This document shows, one piece after another, positions 13,472 to 23,323 of a stretch of DNA of 64,000 nt. Numbering within the stretch: the stretch's first letter is position 1; the number at the start of each line of letters is the position of its first letter. Source of the stretch: a phage; the sequence record PZ452581.1; one strand, given 5' to 3'. Below the pieces are notes generated by a model. That model ran no database searches, was not told the DNA's origin, and was given only the letters and a program-made list of their open reading frames with translations. The position numbers were made by a program, and so were the translations under genes.

Positions 13472-14602
13472 TTATGGATAGGTATAGATGATACCAGTTT
13501 CTAAAGCAGTTTTATGAATGATGTATCCATTGCGCGATTCTTGAACATCAACTTCTGGATAGTCTTTCATCATCTTCTGAAGAGTGTAACGATGCAAGTA
13601 GTACTTACTATCTGGGTCGTCAGTTTTCCAATCTTTACCTTCTTCAGTCATTTTTTGGATTTCATCCATAACCCACCAACCGCACCAGATGTAAGCTGAA
13701 GTGCGATGTGGAAGAGGATGAACATAAGGTAATTCACCTTCTGGTTCCGGAGCAACTTTATCAGTTACCTGAACTTGACCTTCTGCTGTAATAGTTTTGC
13801 TATCATAGTCAGTAGCGGTAACAGTTGCAGTAACTTCAATGGTTTGACTTCCAATAGATGATGTATCAACAGTATATACATTAGTTGATTCTTCTCCTGT
13901 AGAAGAATCTTTCTTCCATGAATATTCGATTTGCGCTTCTTCTGGAGCATCAGTGACATTAGCCGTAAATGTAGCCGAAGCACCTTGCTGAACGTTAATA
14001 GAAGGAGGAGTCAATGTAACTTGTGGATTCATCGTCTTCTTATTAACTGTTAATGATACTTCATTAGAAGTAACTTCCTTTTCATTGTAATTTTCTGCCG
14101 TTACTTGGGCTACACATTTAATTCTTTTTACTCCACTTGTAGTTGGAGTATAGCTAAATGTAGAATTAGTTTCTCCACCAATTTGAGAATCATCTACGTA
14201 CCATTTATATGTAGCAGATGCACTTGGTGGCTGTGAAGCTAAGGCAGCGGTAAATTCAACGGCTGTTCCAATTACTCCAGCTGAAGGACTATCAGGAGTT
14301 ACTGCCAAGGTAGTTGTCTGTGTCTTATTTTGAACTGTGATAGTTGTAGTAGTTTCTGCTGTTTCAGGTTCAGATTCTGCAACTTGATTGGTTGCAACTA
14401 CTTTAATAGTCTTTTGACCGGCAGGTCCTTTTAGTACATAACTAAAAGTTGCTGACGTTTCTTCCTGTGGAGCGTCGTCTACAGTCCAAGCATATGTAAT
14501 AGGTCCATCTCCAGTTTGACCACTGGGTGTAGCAGTAAACTGCTTGGTTTCATCAATAACTCCTGTTGGTGTTTTAGGAGTTATATCAACTGTAAAAGCC
14601 AT
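13472..14602 (-). CDS. hoc: Highly immunogenic outer capsid protein Hoc (Ig-like domains)
   Basis: 376-aa T/S-rich ORF with repeated beta-rich segments; size and position as T4 Hoc. Confidence 0.9.
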   Translation of the reverse strand: MAFTVDITPKTPTGVIDETKQFTATPSGQTGDGPITYAWTVDDAPQEETSATFSYVLKGPAGQKTIKVVATNQVAESEPETAETTTTITVQNKTQTTTLAVTPDSPSAGVIGTAVEFTAALASQPPSASATYKWYVDDSQIGGETNSTFSYTPTTSGVKRIKCVAQVTAENYNEKEVTSNEVSLTVNKKTMNPQVTLTPPSINVQQGASATFTANVTDAPEEAQIEYSWKKDSSTGEESTNVYTVDTSSIGSQTIEVTATVTATDYDSKTITAEGQVQVTDKVAPEPEGELPYVHPLPHRTSAYIWCGWWVMDEIQKMTEEGKDWKTDDPDSKYYLHRYTLQKMMKDYPEVDVQESRNGYIIHKTALETGIIYTYP

Positions 14603-14611
14603 AAGTTATCC

Positions 14612-15292
14612 TTATTTTAATGTTACGAAAGAAGAATTGCGTGTTTCACGAATTAGAACTGATCCGTCGCGATTAATGTAATAAATTAAGCTAAATAAAG
14701 TTTGGTGTGCCGACGCATGTTCAAAACTAGTTGGGTGAGATTTCCAATCCGGAGTTTCAGCAATCCACTGGTAAATCCACCAAGGAACAGTGCAGAATCC
14801 TGGATTTTTTCCAATCAGCTGAAGATTCGGACTAAAGTTTTCCGGAAGAGTAAATACAGACGGCTTTTCAGATTCAATAATCTCAGCTACAGCTTGCTCG
14901 AATTTTTCTTCAACAAAAGGAGTATCTTCAATCAAAACATCGGTATTTTCAGGAATTTTATCCATTTCTACTACTTCAATTTTAATGTCAGATTTAACCG
15001 GAGAATCAATCAGAAGTGCTGCCTCTAGATTGACTTCTTCATCGTCATATTTTAATCCGTCTGCGGCATCAGCAGCATCAATTAAGTCTTTAATAGATAA
15101 CCCATCAGTCTCTGGCATAGGTTCACTAGCGAGCTTCTGGAGGGCTTCTTCAATATCATTAACGATATTATCAAAAGATTTATTCTTTTTGACCTTTATA
15201 CCAAACTGTTCAGCATATTCAGCTAATTTAGCTTTAGCTTCTTTATTATCATCAAGAGCCTTCAGCTCTGCAATATAATCTTTATCTATCAT
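14612..15292 (-). CDS. inh: Inhibitor of prohead protease (Inh)
   Basis: 226-aa ORF; size and position as T4 Inh. Confidence 0.8.
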   Translation of the reverse strand: MIDKDYIAELKALDDNKEAKAKLAEYAEQFGIKVKKNKSFDNIVNDIEEALQKLASEPMPETDGLSIKDLIDAADAADGLKYDDEEVNLEAALLIDSPVKSDIKIEVVEMDKIPENTDVLIEDTPFVEEKFEQAVAEIIESEKPSVFTLPENFSPNLQLIGKNPGFCTVPWWIYQWIAETPDWKSHPTSFEHASAHQTLFSLIYYINRDGSVLIRETRNSSFVTLK

Positions 15293-15305
15293 AATATTTC
15301 CTCAG

Positions 15306-15313
15306 TATAAATA
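15306..15313 (+). promoter_or_regulatory. Late promoter TATAAATA for uvsW
   Basis: Exact TATAAATA about 30 nt upstream of the uvsW ATG. Confidence 0.6.
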
Positions 15314-15342
15314 TAGATATATTTATTACATGGTATTTAGAC

Positions 15343-16854
15343 ATGACTGACATTAAAGTACATTTTTATGATTTTAGTCACGTGAGAATTGATTGTGAAG
15401 AAAGTACATTTCATGAACTCCGTGATTTCTTTAGCTTTGAAGCTGAAGGGTATCGTTTTAATCCGAAATACAAATATGGTCACTGGGATGGACGAATCCG
15501 TCTTTTAGATTATAATCGCCTTCTTCCATTCGGCTTAGTCGGGCAAATTAAAAAGTTCTGTGATAACTTTGGCTATAAAGCCTGGATTGACCCGCAGATT
15601 AACGAAAAAGAAGAATTATCAAGAAAAGATTTTGATGAATGGCTTTCTAAATTAGAAATCTATTCAGGAAATAAAAGAATTGAACCACACTGGTATCAAA
15701 AAGATGCAGTGTTCGAAGGATTAGTTAATCGTCGTAGAATTCTTAATCTTCCAACATCCGCAGGTAAATCTTTAATTCAAGCTTTACTCGCTCGATATTA
15801 TTTGGAAAATTATGAAGGTAAAATTCTTATCATTGTTCCAACAACTGCTTTAACAACTCAGATGGCTGATGACTTTGTTGACTATCGTTTATTCAGTCAT
15901 GCAATGATAAAGAAAATCGGCGGTGGAGCATCAAAAGATGATAAATATAAAAATGATGCACCAGTCGTTGTTGGTACATGGCAAACTGTAGTAAAACAAC
16001 CAAAAGAATGGTTCTCACAGTTTGGAATGATGATGAATGATGAATGTCATCTTGCTACAGGAAAAAGTATTTCATCTATCATATCAGGTTTAAATAACTG
16101 CATGTTTAAATTTGGTTTGTCCGGTTCATTGCGTGATGGCAAAGCTAATATCATGCAGTATGTTGGAATGTTTGGTGAAATATTTAAGCCAGTAACGACT
16201 TCTAAATTAATGGAAGATGGACAAGTAACTGAGTTAAAAATTAATAGTATTTTTCTTCGCTATCCCGATGAGTTCACTACTAAATTAAAGGGAAAAACTT
16301 ACCAAGAAGAAATAAAAATTATTACTGGGCTCAGTAAAAGAAATAAATGGATCGCTAAATTAGCTATTAAGCTTGCGCAAAAAGATGAAAACGCTTTTGT
16401 CATGTTTAAACACGTATCACACGGTAAAGCTATTTTCGATTTAATTAAAAATGAATACGATAAAGTTTATTACGTATCAGGGGAAGTTGATACCGAAACA
16501 CGCAACGTAATGAAAACCCTAGCTGAAAACGGTAAAGGAATAATTATAGTAGCTAGTTATGGTGTATTTTCTACTGGTATTTCAGTTAAAAATCTGCATC
16601 ACGTTGTTTTAGCACACGGTGTTAAATCTAAAATTATTGTATTGCAAACAATAGGTCGCGTATTACGTAAGCATGGTTCTAAAACAATCGCAACGGTCTG
16701 GGACCTCATCGATGATTGTGGTGTTAAGCCAAAATCTGCTAATACGAAAAAGAAATACGTTCATTTGAACTATCTTTTAAAACACGGCATTGATCGTATT
16801 CAGCGCTACGCAGATGAAAAATTTAATTACGTAATGAAAACAGTTAATTTATAA
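15343..16854 (+). CDS. uvsW: UvsW helicase (SF2, DECH box)
   Basis: 503-aa ORF with Walker A PTSAGKS and DECH motif (MNDECH). Confidence 0.93.
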   Translation: MTDIKVHFYDFSHVRIDCEESTFHELRDFFSFEAEGYRFNPKYKYGHWDGRIRLLDYNRLLPFGLVGQIKKFCDNFGYKAWIDPQINEKEELSRKDFDEWLSKLEIYSGNKRIEPHWYQKDAVFEGLVNRRRILNLPTSAGKSLIQALLARYYLENYEGKILIIVPTTALTTQMADDFVDYRLFSHAMIKKIGGGASKDDKYKNDAPVVVGTWQTVVKQPKEWFSQFGMMMNDECHLATGKSISSIISGLNNCMFKFGLSGSLRDGKANIMQYVGMFGEIFKPVTTSKLMEDGQVTELKINSIFLRYPDEFTTKLKGKTYQEEIKIITGLSKRNKWIAKLAIKLAQKDENAFVMFKHVSHGKAIFDLIKNEYDKVYYVSGEVDTETRNVMKTLAENGKGIIIVASYGVFSTGISVKNLHHVVLAHGVKSKIIVLQTIGRVLRKHGSKTIATVWDLIDDCGVKPKSANTKKKYVHLNYLLKHGIDRIQRYADEKFNYVMKTVNL

Positions 16855-16879
16855 GGGCTTCGGCCCTTTGGAGAAAAAG

Positions 16880-17110
16880 ATGTTACTAGAATTTAAACAA
16901 TTTCTTTATGAAGCTTCTATTGATGAATTTATGGGTAAAATTGCCTCTTGTCAAACATTAGAAGGTCTAGAAGAACTTGAAGCTTATTATAAGAAAAGAG
17001 TTAAAGAAACTGAATTAAAAGATACTGATGACATCTCTGTGAGAGATGCTTTGGCAGGAAAAAGAGCTGAATTAGAAGATTCAGACGATGAAGTAGAAGA
17101 AAGCTTTTAA
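16880..17110 (+). CDS. uvsW.1: UvsW.1 small acidic protein
   Basis: Track ORF starts at TTG (16868); the ATG at 16880 preceded by GGAG gives 76 aa, as in T4. Confidence 0.75.
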   Translation: MLLEFKQFLYEASIDEFMGKIASCQTLEGLEELEAYYKKRVKETELKDTDDISVRDALAGKRAELEDSDDEVEESF

Positions 17111-17168
17111 ATTAAAAAAAAAGGCCCAACCAAAAAGGAAGGGCCAAAACTATAGACTAAAGGTCACA

Positions 17169-17336
17169 CTATAGCAAAAGTTGTGTTTCATTTAATTGTT
17201 CTTCCGAACTTTCTGAAACTGGTAGTTCTTTAATGTAATTATAACAAGGCCCAGGATGTACAGGACCTTTGTCTGTTTCAACAACCAATGCAGAATCGAT
17301 TGGAGTTTTACAGACAACACAAATCTTATCTGACAT
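17169..17336 (-). CDS. Small Cys-containing protein (55 aa), not in the ORF track
   Basis: Minus-strand ATG at 17336 preceded by GAGGAGA and a late promoter; translation MSDKICVVCKTPIDSALVVETDKGPVHPGPCYNYIKELPVSESSEEQLNETQLLL; below the track length cut-off. Confidence 0.5.
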   Translation of the reverse strand: MSDKICVVCKTPIDSALVVETDKGPVHPGPCYNYIKELPVSESSEEQLNETQLLL

Positions 17337-17361
17337 GATTGTCTCCTCTAAATTATATATC

Positions 17362-17369
17362 TATTTATA
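17362..17369 (-). promoter_or_regulatory. Late promoter TATAAATA (minus strand) for the 55-aa ORF
   Basis: Plus-strand TATTTATA, about 25 nt upstream of the minus-strand ATG at 17336. Confidence 0.5.
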
Positions 17370-17589
17370 TAACTCTCATATGCATATCAATGCCCATATC
17401 TTTAGAATAAAAATACTCATCAAGATACCCGGCAAATTTTCCTTTAATATAAAGTACATCTTCACCGCATGGGTGGTCGGCCAGGATACGAATATCCTGA
17501 CGCTTGAGATTATACTTTTTCATTAAGAATTGAATTTCCGTTTCGAATTCTTCTTCATAATTAAAAGCATCATCAATGCTATATTTCAT
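17365..17589 (-). CDS. Hypothetical protein (uvsY.-1-like)
   Basis: 74-aa ORF, ATG start overlapping the uvsY stop. Confidence 0.6.
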   Translation of the reverse strand: MKYSIDDAFNYEEEFETEIQFLMKKYNLKRQDIRILADHPCGEDVLYIKGKFAGYLDEYFYSKDMGIDMHMRVI

Positions 17590-18002
17590 TATTTTCCAGC
17601 CTCAAATGCTCGCATGTCTTGAATATGCTTAATAGCAAATCCACGTGATTTAATAGCATCAAGAGCTCCGCTACAGAAATCTAATAAAATCCCCCAATAC
17701 TGTAACGAGGTATCAACCTTTAAAACATCCTTATCAGCTGATAGAACTGTCTTCATTTCTGATTTCTCGTAACGATCCATACTAAATTCATCACCATCTC
17801 CTCGTCCCGAGTAGTAGTCTAATTTAGCTTTAAGAGCAACTTTTTTCTGTGCATCAATTCTAAGCATTTCCTTTTTAATACTTGAATGCTTATTAAGCCA
17901 TTTACTATATAACATCACATTATTAGCTGCTTCATACTGTAATTTAGTCGAATCTATAAACACATCTTTCTTCAATTCTTCTTGAAGATCTTCTAATCTC
18001 AT
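17589..18002 (-). CDS. uvsY: UvsY recombination mediator
   Basis: 137-aa ORF; size and position as T4 UvsY. Confidence 0.9.
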   Translation of the reverse strand: MRLEDLQEELKKDVFIDSTKLQYEAANNVMLYSKWLNKHSSIKKEMLRIDAQKKVALKAKLDYYSGRGDGDEFSMDRYEKSEMKTVLSADKDVLKVDTSLQYWGILLDFCSGALDAIKSRGFAIKHIQDMRAFEAGK

Positions 18003-18042
18003 ATTGTTCTCTATTCAATTGTTATTGGATGGACTTAGATTC

Positions 18043-18071
18043 ATTATACCACGTTTATACGTGAAGCATTA
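18043..18071 (-). promoter_or_regulatory. MotA-dependent middle promoter upstream of uvsY (oriF-type origin promoter)
   Basis: Minus-strand TAATGCTTCA (MotA-box consensus), 13-nt spacer, then TATAAT; sits between the gene 25 stop and the uvsY start. Confidence 0.6.
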
Positions 18072-18467
18072 TACTCTGTTACTGGAAGCCAGTTGTAGTT
18101 TTATCTGCTCAATATCATCAGGGTTATCGATGACCGAAAAGCGTATTTCTACTATCAGAGTATAATCATCATAAACTGGTATTACATTAACTGCTAATTT
18201 ATCAATACGTGGCTCGTAGTTTCTTACTGCGCTTTCAATGTTACGCTCAACAGTATCAGCAGTAAGAGGAGTCATATTCTCAAAAAGCTGATCAGATAAA
18301 TCGCATCCAAATTCTGGGTCAAATGGCCTTGACCCTTTCCTAGTTGTAATAATTCCTAAAAGGCTATTTTTAATTGACCTTAATCCAAGAGATCTAGAAA
18401 CATCTTTGTCCCAATCCATTTTCATTTCTGGGTCAATGTCAGAATAAAGCTTATTAATATTTGCCAT
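18069..18467 (-). CDS. 25: Baseplate wedge protein (gp25)
   Basis: 132-aa ORF; size and position as T4 gp25. Confidence 0.9.
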   Translation of the reverse strand: MANINKLYSDIDPEMKMDWDKDVSRSLGLRSIKNSLLGIITTRKGSRPFDPEFGCDLSDQLFENMTPLTADTVERNIESAVRNYEPRIDKLAVNVIPVYDDYTLIVEIRFSVIDNPDDIEQIKLQLASSNRV

Positions 18468-19093
18468 TACAATAGCTCAAAGAATTCTTTGAGTCCTCTT
18501 ATTACATGAGCGTGAGTTTTTCCACACTCTGGACACTTAATTGGAACAGCCAAATAAACAGTAGGCTTTAAAAGCATATCTTTTATAGCTACAATATCTG
18601 ACTCTGTGATGATAGAATATAAATCTTCCAATTCTTTTTCATTTAAGTCTTCAACTGGAATGCTTTCCCCGTTAGCATGAATCGTTTCTATACATGATAC
18701 TATCATGTGGGCTATATTTTTATCATCAAAAATTTTAGGGTAATGGAACTTAATTTTAATGTCACCCAGTGTATACCAGAGGTCTTCTGGTGCATCTATT
18801 TGTGTATGTAATAGATTTATATGGGTTGGTATTTCAGTTCCACAGGTGCACTTCCAGGAGTTTTCATGATTAACTTCTCCAAGAGAATGCGCCCATAAAT
18901 GAATCAGAAGTAGTTCTGATTCTTGACGGTTTAAATCTTTTGCATTTGTACAGTCTTTAATTAGCTTTTTAACGATCTCTTCTACTGAACCGTTCTTTTT
19001 AGCAGTAATAAGTTCTAGATATTCTTTAAGAGTAAATGCGCGACAGTTGATTATTTTAGAACCAACTCTCGCATCAAATTTGTATTCATACAT
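18467..19093 (-). CDS. 26: Baseplate hub protein (gp26)
   Basis: 208-aa ORF; size and position as T4 gp26. Confidence 0.88.
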   Translation of the reverse strand: MYEYKFDARVGSKIINCRAFTLKEYLELITAKKNGSVEEIVKKLIKDCTNAKDLNRQESELLLIHLWAHSLGEVNHENSWKCTCGTEIPTHINLLHTQIDAPEDLWYTLGDIKIKFHYPKIFDDKNIAHMIVSCIETIHANGESIPVEDLNEKELEDLYSIITESDIVAIKDMLLKPTVYLAVPIKCPECGKTHAHVIRGLKEFFELL

Positions 19094-19114
19094 ATTTAGC
19101 TCCTTTATTTATCA

Positions 19115-19122
19115 TATTTATA
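19115..19122 (-). promoter_or_regulatory. Late promoter TATAAATA (minus strand) for gene 26
   Basis: Plus-strand TATTTATA about 22 nt upstream of the gene 26 ATG; overlaps the plus-strand late promoter by 4 nt. Confidence 0.55.
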
Positions 19123-19126
19123 AATA
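19119..19126 (+). promoter_or_regulatory. Late promoter TATAAATA for gene 51
   Basis: Exact TATAAATA about 18 nt upstream of the gene 51 ATG; part of the TATTTATAAATA divergent pair. Confidence 0.55.
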
Positions 19127-19143
19127 GAATAAAAGGAGCATCT

Positions 19144-19893
19144 ATGGCAAACATTATTCGTTGTAAATTACCAGATGGTGTTCATCGTTTTAAACCATTT
19201 ACGGTAGAAGATTATCGAGATTTTTTGTTAGTTCGAAACGATATAGAACATCGGTCACCACAAGAACAAAAAGAAATAATTGCTGATTTAATTGCCGATT
19301 ATTTTGGAGACTATCCGAAGACTTGGCAACCATTTATATTTTTGCAGGTATTTGTAGGGTCAATAGGTAAAACTAAAGTACCGGTCACATTTGTGTGTCC
19401 AAAATGTAAAAAAGAAAAGACAGTTCCATTTGAAATATATCAAAAAGAATTAAAGGAACCTGTTTTTGATGTAGCTAATGTTAAAATTAAATTAAAGTTT
19501 CCTTCTGAATTTTATGAAAATAAAGCAAAGATGATTACTGAAAATATTCATTCTGTTCAAGTAGATGAAATATGGTATGATTGGAAGGAAATTAGTGAAT
19601 CGAGCCAAATAGAACTTGTTGATGCTATCGAGATAGAAACATTAGAAAAAATTCTCGATGCAATGAATCCTATTAATTTAACATTGCATATGTCATGTTG
19701 TAATAAGTATGTAAAAAAATACACTGATATAGTAGATGTGTTTAAGCTATTAGTTAACCCAGATGAAATATTTACTTTTTATCAAATTAATCACACACTC
19801 GTAAAAAGTAATTATAGCTTAAATTCAATAATGAAAATGATTCCTGCTGAGCGCGGATTCGTATTAAAACTGATTGAGAAGGATAAACAATAA
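19144..19893 (+). CDS. 51: Baseplate hub assembly protein (gp51)
   Basis: 249-aa ORF; size and position as T4 gp51. Confidence 0.88.
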   Translation: MANIIRCKLPDGVHRFKPFTVEDYRDFLLVRNDIEHRSPQEQKEIIADLIADYFGDYPKTWQPFIFLQVFVGSIGKTKVPVTFVCPKCKKEKTVPFEIYQKELKEPVFDVANVKIKLKFPSEFYENKAKMITENIHSVQVDEIWYDWKEISESSQIELVDAIEIETLEKILDAMNPINLTLHMSCCNKYVKKYTDIVDVFKLLVNPDEIFTFYQINHTLVKSNYSLNSIMKMIPAERGFVLKLIEKDKQ

Positions 19894-21068
19894 TGAGTAT
19901 GTTGCAACGCCCAGGATATCCAAATCTCAGCGTTAAATTATTTGATAGCTACGACGCTTGGAGTAATAATAGATTTGTTGAATTAGCTGCTACTATTACC
20001 ACATTAACTATGCGGGATTCTCTTTATGGCCGAAATGAAGGAATGTTGCAGTTTTATGATTCTAAAAATATCCATACAAAAATGGATGGAAATGAAATAA
20101 TTCAGATTTCTGTAGCTAACGCAAACGATATTAATAATGTTAAAACACGAATTTATGGATGTAAGCATTTTTCCGTGTCAGTAGATTCAAAGGGTGATAA
20201 CATCATTGCTATTGAATTGGGAACTATTCATTCCATAGAAAATCTTAAATTTGGCAGACCGTTTTTCTCTGATGCAGGTGAATCTATAAAGGAAATGCTT
20301 GGTGTCATTTATCAGGATCGCACGTTATTAACTCCAGCAATAAATGCTATAAATGCTTATGTTCCTGATATTCCATGGACTAGCACATTTGAAAACTATT
20401 TGTCGTATGTCAGGGAAGTTGCTCTAGCTGTAGGAAGTGACAAATTTGTATTTGTGTGGCAAGACATCATGGGAGTTAACATGATGGACTATGATATGAT
20501 GATAAATCAAGAACCGTATCCAATGATTGTCGGTGAGCCATCTTTAATAGGTCAATTCATCCAAGAATTAAAATATCCATTAGCATATGATTTCGTTTGG
20601 TTGACTAAATCGAATCCTCATAAACGTGACCCAATGAAAAATGCTACTATCTATGCTCATTCATTTTTAGATTCTTCATTGCCAATGATTACTACAGGAA
20701 AGGGCGAAAACTCTATTGTAGTATCAAGGTCAGGTGCTTATTCTGAAATGACTTATAGGAATGGCTATGAAGAAGCTATTCGTCTTCAAACTATGGCACA
20801 ATACGATGGCTATGCTAAATGTTCTACTGTCGGTAATTTTAACTTGACTCCTGGCGTTAAAATTATTTTTAATGATAGTAAAAACCAATTTAAAACAGAA
20901 TTTTACGTTGATGAAGTTATCCATGAATTATCTAATAATAATTCAGTAACTCATCTATATATGTTCACTAATGCAACGAAACTGGAAACAATAGACCCAG
21001 TTAAGGTTAAAAATGAATTTAAATCTGATACTACCACTGAAGAAAGTAGTTCTTCCAATAAGCAATAA
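19893..21068 (+). CDS. 27: Baseplate hub protein (gp27)
   Basis: 391-aa ORF; size and position as T4 gp27. Confidence 0.92.
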   Translation: MSMLQRPGYPNLSVKLFDSYDAWSNNRFVELAATITTLTMRDSLYGRNEGMLQFYDSKNIHTKMDGNEIIQISVANANDINNVKTRIYGCKHFSVSVDSKGDNIIAIELGTIHSIENLKFGRPFFSDAGESIKEMLGVIYQDRTLLTPAINAINAYVPDIPWTSTFENYLSYVREVALAVGSDKFVFVWQDIMGVNMMDYDMMINQEPYPMIVGEPSLIGQFIQELKYPLAYDFVWLTKSNPHKRDPMKNATIYAHSFLDSSLPMITTGKGENSIVVSRSGAYSEMTYRNGYEEAIRLQTMAQYDGYAKCSTVGNFNLTPGVKIIFNDSKNQFKTEFYVDEVIHELSNNNSVTHLYMFTNATKLETIDPVKVKNEFKSDTTTEESSSSNKQ

Positions 21069-21546
21069 AGAAGTTTCTATTCCTAAAATGGGTCTTAAAC
21101 ATTATAACATTTTAAAAGATGTTAAAGGTCCTGATGAAAATTTAAAACTTCTTATTGATTCTATTTGTCCGAATTTATCACCGGCAGAAGTTGATTTCGT
21201 TTCTATTCATTTATTGGAATTTAATGGAAAGATTAAATCTCGTAAAGAAATAGATGGTTATACTTATGACATTAATGATGTTTATGTGTGCCAAAGATTA
21301 GAATTTCAATACCAAGGAAATACATTTTATTTTAGACCTCCTGGAAAATTTGAACAATTTTTAACGGTGAGCGATATGTTATCCAAATGCTTGCTTAAGG
21401 TCAATGATGAAGTTAAAGAAATTAATTTTCTTGAGATGCCAGCATTCGTTTTAAAATGGGCAAATGATATTTTTACAACTTTAGCAATTCCTGGCCCTAA
21501 TGGTCCAATAACTGGAATTGGTAATATTATTGGATTATTTGAATGA
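21013..21546 (+). CDS. 28: Baseplate hub distal protein (gp28)
   Basis: 177-aa ORF overlapping the gp27 3-prime end; size as T4 gp28. Confidence 0.8.
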   Translation: MNLNLILPLKKVVLPISNKEVSIPKMGLKHYNILKDVKGPDENLKLLIDSICPNLSPAEVDFVSIHLLEFNGKIKSRKEIDGYTYDINDVYVCQRLEFQYQGNTFYFRPPGKFEQFLTVSDMLSKCLLKVNDEVKEINFLEMPAFVLKWANDIFTTLAIPGPNGPITGIGNIIGLFE

Positions 21547-23315
21547 AAAAGCCACAAGAAATGCAAACGATGCGTAGAAAAGTTATTTCAGATAATAAAC
21601 CAACACAGGAAGCGGCTAAATCTGCTTCTAACACTTTATCTGGACTTAACGATATATCTACGAAATTGGATGATGCTCAAGCTGCCTCTGAATTAATAGC
21701 TCAGACTGTTGAAGAAAAATCAAATGAAATAGTTGGAGCAATTGATAACGTTGAAAGCGCAGTAAGTGATACTACTGCCGGTTCTGAGTTAATTGCTGAA
21801 ACTGTTGAAATTGGAAACAATATTAATAAAGAAATCGGTGAATCGCTCGGAAGCAAATTAGATAAATTAACAAGTTTACTAGAGCAAAAAATTCAGACAG
21901 CTGGAATTCAACAGACTGGGACTAGTTTAGCCACAGTTGAAAGCGCTATTCCTGTTAAAGTCGTTGAGGATGATACCGCTGAATCTGTGGGTCCTTTATT
22001 ACCGGCTCCTGAAGCAGTTAATAATGATCCTGATGCTGATTTTTTCCCGACCCCTCAGCCAGTTGAACCCAAACAAGAATCGCCAGAAGAAAAACAGAAA
22101 AAAGACGCATTTAACTTAAAATTATCTCAAGCTTTAGATAAATTAACAAAGACTGTTGATTTCGGATTTAAGAAATCTATTTCAATTACTGATAAAATAT
22201 CAAGCATGCTATTTAAGTATACCGTCAGTGCTGCTATTGAAGCCGCTAAAATGACTGCAATGATATTGGCTGTTGTTGTTGGAATAGATCTGCTGATGGT
22301 TCACTTTAAATATTGGTCAGATAAATTTTCGCAGGCTTGGGATTTGTTTAGTTCAAACTTTACTAAATTCTCTAGCGAAACCGGAACATGGGGTCCTTTA
22401 TTACAGAGCATCTTTAGTTCTATCGATGAAATTAAAAAATTCTGGGAAGCGGGAGACTGGGGTGGTTTGACGGTAGCTATTGTAGAAGGGCTTGGAAAGG
22501 TTCTTTATAATTTAGGAGAACTTATTCAGCTTGGAATGGCTAAATTATCTGCTGCAATTCTTCGAGTCATTCCTGGCATGAAGGATACCGCTGATGAAGT
22601 AGAAGGAAGAGCACTAGAAAATTTCCAAAATTCTACTGGAGCATCTCTCAATAAAGAAGACCAGGAAAAAGTTGCAAATTATCAAGATAAACGAATGAAC
22701 GGAGACCTTGGTCCGATAGCAAAAGGATTAGATAAAATTGCTAATTGGAAAACTCGTGCATCTAACTGGATTCGTGGCGTTGATAATAAAGAAGCACTAA
22801 CTACCGACGAAGAACGCGCAGCAGAAGAAGAAAAATTAAAGCAACTTTCACCAGAAGAAAGAAAAAATGCTTTAATGAAGGCTAATGAAGCCCGTGCCGC
22901 GATGATTCGTTTTGAAAAATACGCTGATTCGGCTGATATGAGTAAAGACCCAACGGTTAAATCAGTTGAAGCTGCCTATGAAGACCTTAAAAAACGGATG
23001 GATGACCCGGATTTAAATAATTCACCGGCAGTTAAAAAAGAACTTGCTGCTAGATTTTCTAAAATTGATGCTACTTATCAAGAGCTCAAGAAAAATCAGC
23101 CTAATGCCAAACCTGAAACTTCTGCTAAATCGCCAGAAGCAAAACAAGTCCAGGTAATAGAAAAGAACAAAGCACAGCAAGCTCCTGTTCAACAAGCATC
23201 TCCTTCGATCAATAATACTAATAATGTTGTTAAGAAAAATACTGTCGTTCATAATATGACACCCGTAACGAGCACGACTGCTCCTGGTGTATTTGATGCG
23301 ACTGGAGTTAATTAA
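21543..23315 (+). CDS. 29: Tail tape-measure / baseplate hub protein (gp29)
   Basis: 590-aa ORF; size and position as T4 gp29. Confidence 0.92.
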   Translation: MKKPQEMQTMRRKVISDNKPTQEAAKSASNTLSGLNDISTKLDDAQAASELIAQTVEEKSNEIVGAIDNVESAVSDTTAGSELIAETVEIGNNINKEIGESLGSKLDKLTSLLEQKIQTAGIQQTGTSLATVESAIPVKVVEDDTAESVGPLLPAPEAVNNDPDADFFPTPQPVEPKQESPEEKQKKDAFNLKLSQALDKLTKTVDFGFKKSISITDKISSMLFKYTVSAAIEAAKMTAMILAVVVGIDLLMVHFKYWSDKFSQAWDLFSSNFTKFSSETGTWGPLLQSIFSSIDEIKKFWEAGDWGGLTVAIVEGLGKVLYNLGELIQLGMAKLSAAILRVIPGMKDTADEVEGRALENFQNSTGASLNKEDQEKVANYQDKRMNGDLGPIAKGLDKIANWKTRASNWIRGVDNKEALTTDEERAAEEEKLKQLSPEERKNALMKANEARAAMIRFEKYADSADMSKDPTVKSVEAAYEDLKKRMDDPDLNNSPAVKKELAARFSKIDATYQELKKNQPNAKPETSAKSPEAKQVQVIEKNKAQQAPVQQASPSINNTNNVVKKNTVVHNMTPVTSTTAPGVFDATGVN

Positions 23316-23323
23316 GGAATAAT

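Noticed and set aside
16855-16866. GGGC-TTCG-GCCC stem-loop after uvsW as a terminator
   Set aside because: Only a 4-bp stem and no following T-tract; too weak to call.
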